From positions 5,642,001-5,706,000 of the forward strand of contig OY986946.1 in NCBI GenBank assembly GCA_963920595.1: a stretch of DNA of 64,000 nt. The letters are read 5' to 3'. The translations under genes and the position numbers were made by a program. Every line of letters begins with the position of its first letter. The first letter of the stretch is position 1. Under the pieces are notes generated by a model that was not told the DNA's origin, searched no databases, and saw only the letters and a program-made list of their open reading frames with translations. This document shows positions 61,648 to 64,000 of this stretch, piece after piece. This DNA is from Eimeria praecox (taxonomy: Eukaryota).

Positions 61648-62786
61648 GACAAATATAAATAAACTGAGGAGACAGAGACAAATATAAATAAACTGAGGAG
61701 ACAGAGACAAATATAAATAAACTGAGGAGACAGAGACAAATATAAATAAACTGAGGAGACAGAGACAAATATAAATAAACTGAGGAGACAGAGACAAATA
61801 TAAATAAACTGAGGAGACAGAGACAAATATAAATAAACTGAGGAGACAGAGACAAATATAAATAAACTGAGGAGACAGAGACAAATATAAATAAACTGAG
61901 GAGACAGAGACAAATATAAATAAACTGAGGAGACAGAGACAAATATAAATAAACTGAGGAGACAGAGACAAATATAAATAAACTGAGGAGACAGAGACAA
62001 ATATAAATAAACTGAGGAGACAGAGACAAATATAAATAAACTGAGGAGACAGAGACAAATATAAATAAACTGAGGAGACAGAGACAAATATAAATAAACT
62101 GAGGAGACAGAGACAAATATAAATAAACTGAGGAGACAGAGACAAATATAAATAAACTGAGGAGACAGAGACAAATATAAATAAACTGAGGAGACAGAGA
62201 CAAATATAAATAAACTGAGGAGACAGAGACAAATATAAATAAACTGAGGAGACAGAGACAAATATAAATAAACTGAGGAGACAGAGACAAATATAAATAA
62301 ACTGAGGAGACAGAGACAAATATAAATAAACTGAGGAGACAGAGACAAATATAAATAAACTGAGGAGACAGAGACAAATATAAATAAACTGAGGAGACAG
62401 AGACAAATATAAATAAACTGAGGAGACAGAGACAAATATAAATAAACTGAGGAGACAGAGACAAATATAAATAAACTGAGGAGACAGAGACAAATATAAA
62501 TAAACTGAGGAGACAGAGACAAATATAAATAAACTGAGGAGACAGAGACAAATATAAATAAACTGAGGAGACAGAGACAAATATAAATAAACTGAGGAGA
62601 CAGAGACAAATATAAATAAACTGAGGAGACAGAGACAAATATAAATAAACTGAGGAGACAGAGACAAATATAAATAAACTGAGGAGACAGAGACAAATAT
62701 AAATAAACTGAGGAGACAGAGACAAATATAAATAAACTGAGGAGACAGAGACAAATATAAATAAACTGAGGAGACAGAGACAAATA
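61648..62786. repeat. 29-bp perfect minisatellite GACAAATATAAATAAACTGAGGAGACAGA
   Basis: About 39 apparently identical tandem copies with no spacers. Confidence 0.95.
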
Positions 62787-62883
62787 ATTGTAGAGATAGA
62801 AATAGAAACAAAGAGGGAGAGACAGAGACAGAGACAGAGAGAGACAGAGAGACAGAGAGAGACATAGAGAGACAGAGAGAGAC

Positions 62884-62916
<33 letters not shown>

Positions 62917-63181
62917 CAAAGAAGAGACAGACAGAAGAATAAGGAAAAGAAATATAAGGAGACAGATAAATAAAAAAGAAGAAGAGACAGACAGAAGAAG
63001 AAGGAGACAGATAAATAAGAAGGGAGACAGTATTTAGGGTGTATGTACACCTCAATTCTTATTATTTTAAATCAAAGGAGACAGCAGAATTAGAGGAGGA
63101 GACACTTGTCTCTAAAATTAGAGATAAACAAAATATAAACTAATAATCCTTCGAAGGGCATTGCTGCAGCGGAAGCCTTCC

Positions 63182-63223
<42 letters not shown>

Positions 63224-63273
63224 CTGCTGCTGTTGCTGCTGCTGCTGTTGCTGCTGCTGTTGCTGCTGCTGCT

Positions 63274-63316
<43 letters not shown>

Positions 63317-63389
63317 TTGCTGCTGGTGTTTCTGTTGATGCTGCTGTTGCTGCTGTCGGTGTTGCTGTTGCTGCTGCTGTTGCTGCTGC

Positions 63390-63421
<32 letters not shown>

Positions 63422-63612
63422 TTCAGGGTTTGATGCAGGCGTCCTCTCTGTTTGTGCTGCTGCTGCTGCCCTTGCTTCTACGGCTGCTGCTGCTGCTGCC
63501 GCTGCTGCTGCTGCTACGGCTGCTGCTGCTGCTGCCGCTGCTGCTGCTGCTGCTGCAGAGGCTGTCCCTCAATTGTCGACGCTGTTTCTATGTTTGCTGC
63601 TACTGCTGTCTG

Positions 63613-63643
<31 letters not shown>

Positions 63644-63725
63644 ATCCGCAGCTCAGCGGCAATTCTGGGTCTGCTGCTGCAACAGGAGACTCACAGCAGC
63701 AGCAGCAGAAGCAACAACGAGAGCA

Positions 63726-63760
<35 letters not shown>

Positions 63761-63919
63761 TAAAATGTGTCTCCTCTAGATGCTCTGCTAGAAGCTCGCC
63801 AGCCCATGAGCTGAGGTGTACGTACACCTGAGATTTGTTAAGCAAAGGGAGACCCCACAGAATCTGCAGGAGTCCTTGATAGGGAACGCTCCTCGCAGCA
63901 GCAGCAGGAACAGCAGCAG

Positions 63920-63951
<32 letters not shown>

Positions 63952-64000
63952 CGGCAGCAACAGGTGTTGCTGCTGCTCTGCTGCTGCTGCTTCTTAGATG

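Noticed and set aside
61648..62786. CRISPR-like array (29-bp repeat)
   Set aside because: Head-to-tail copies with no spacers, no cas genes and a eukaryotic context.

Overview
Eukaryotic, intron-rich DNA with the repeat signature of a coccidian (Eimeria-type) repeat-rich segment: (CAG/CTG)n, telomere-like (AAACCCT)n, TGCATGCA, (AGCT)n, GGAGACA-core satellites and GGGGCCCC clusters. The species cannot be determined from the sequence alone. Most ORFs in the supplied track are artefacts of simple repeats. By reading GT-AG boundaries and checking phase by hand I reconstruct seven spliced genes. (1) A minus-strand membrane protein with HERP/Usa1-like C-terminal features. (2) A 19-exon long-form tRNase Z (ELAC2/TRZ1). 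(3) Head-to-head with it, a stand-alone Yvh1/DUSP12 zinc-binding domain with no phosphatase domain. (4) A PDRG1-like prefoldin subunit. (5) An IPI1/TEX10-like protein inflated by homopolymer tracts. (6) A large low-complexity hypothetical protein. (7) A long coiled-coil protein. The most interesting signal is that repeat classes appear placed non-randomly relative to gene architecture. G-strand telomeric arrays abut 3' splice sites, in some introns with the complementary C-strand array nearer the 5' end. A telo-box + GTGGGGCCCC module lies upstream of the four RNA/RNP-biogenesis genes. A 16-bp GGTGTACGTACACC-type palindrome lies upstream of most start codons. GGGGCCCC clusters follow most stop codons. 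These come from one window, family calls rest on remembered motifs rather than searches, and no statistics were run. There is one 200-N assembly gap.
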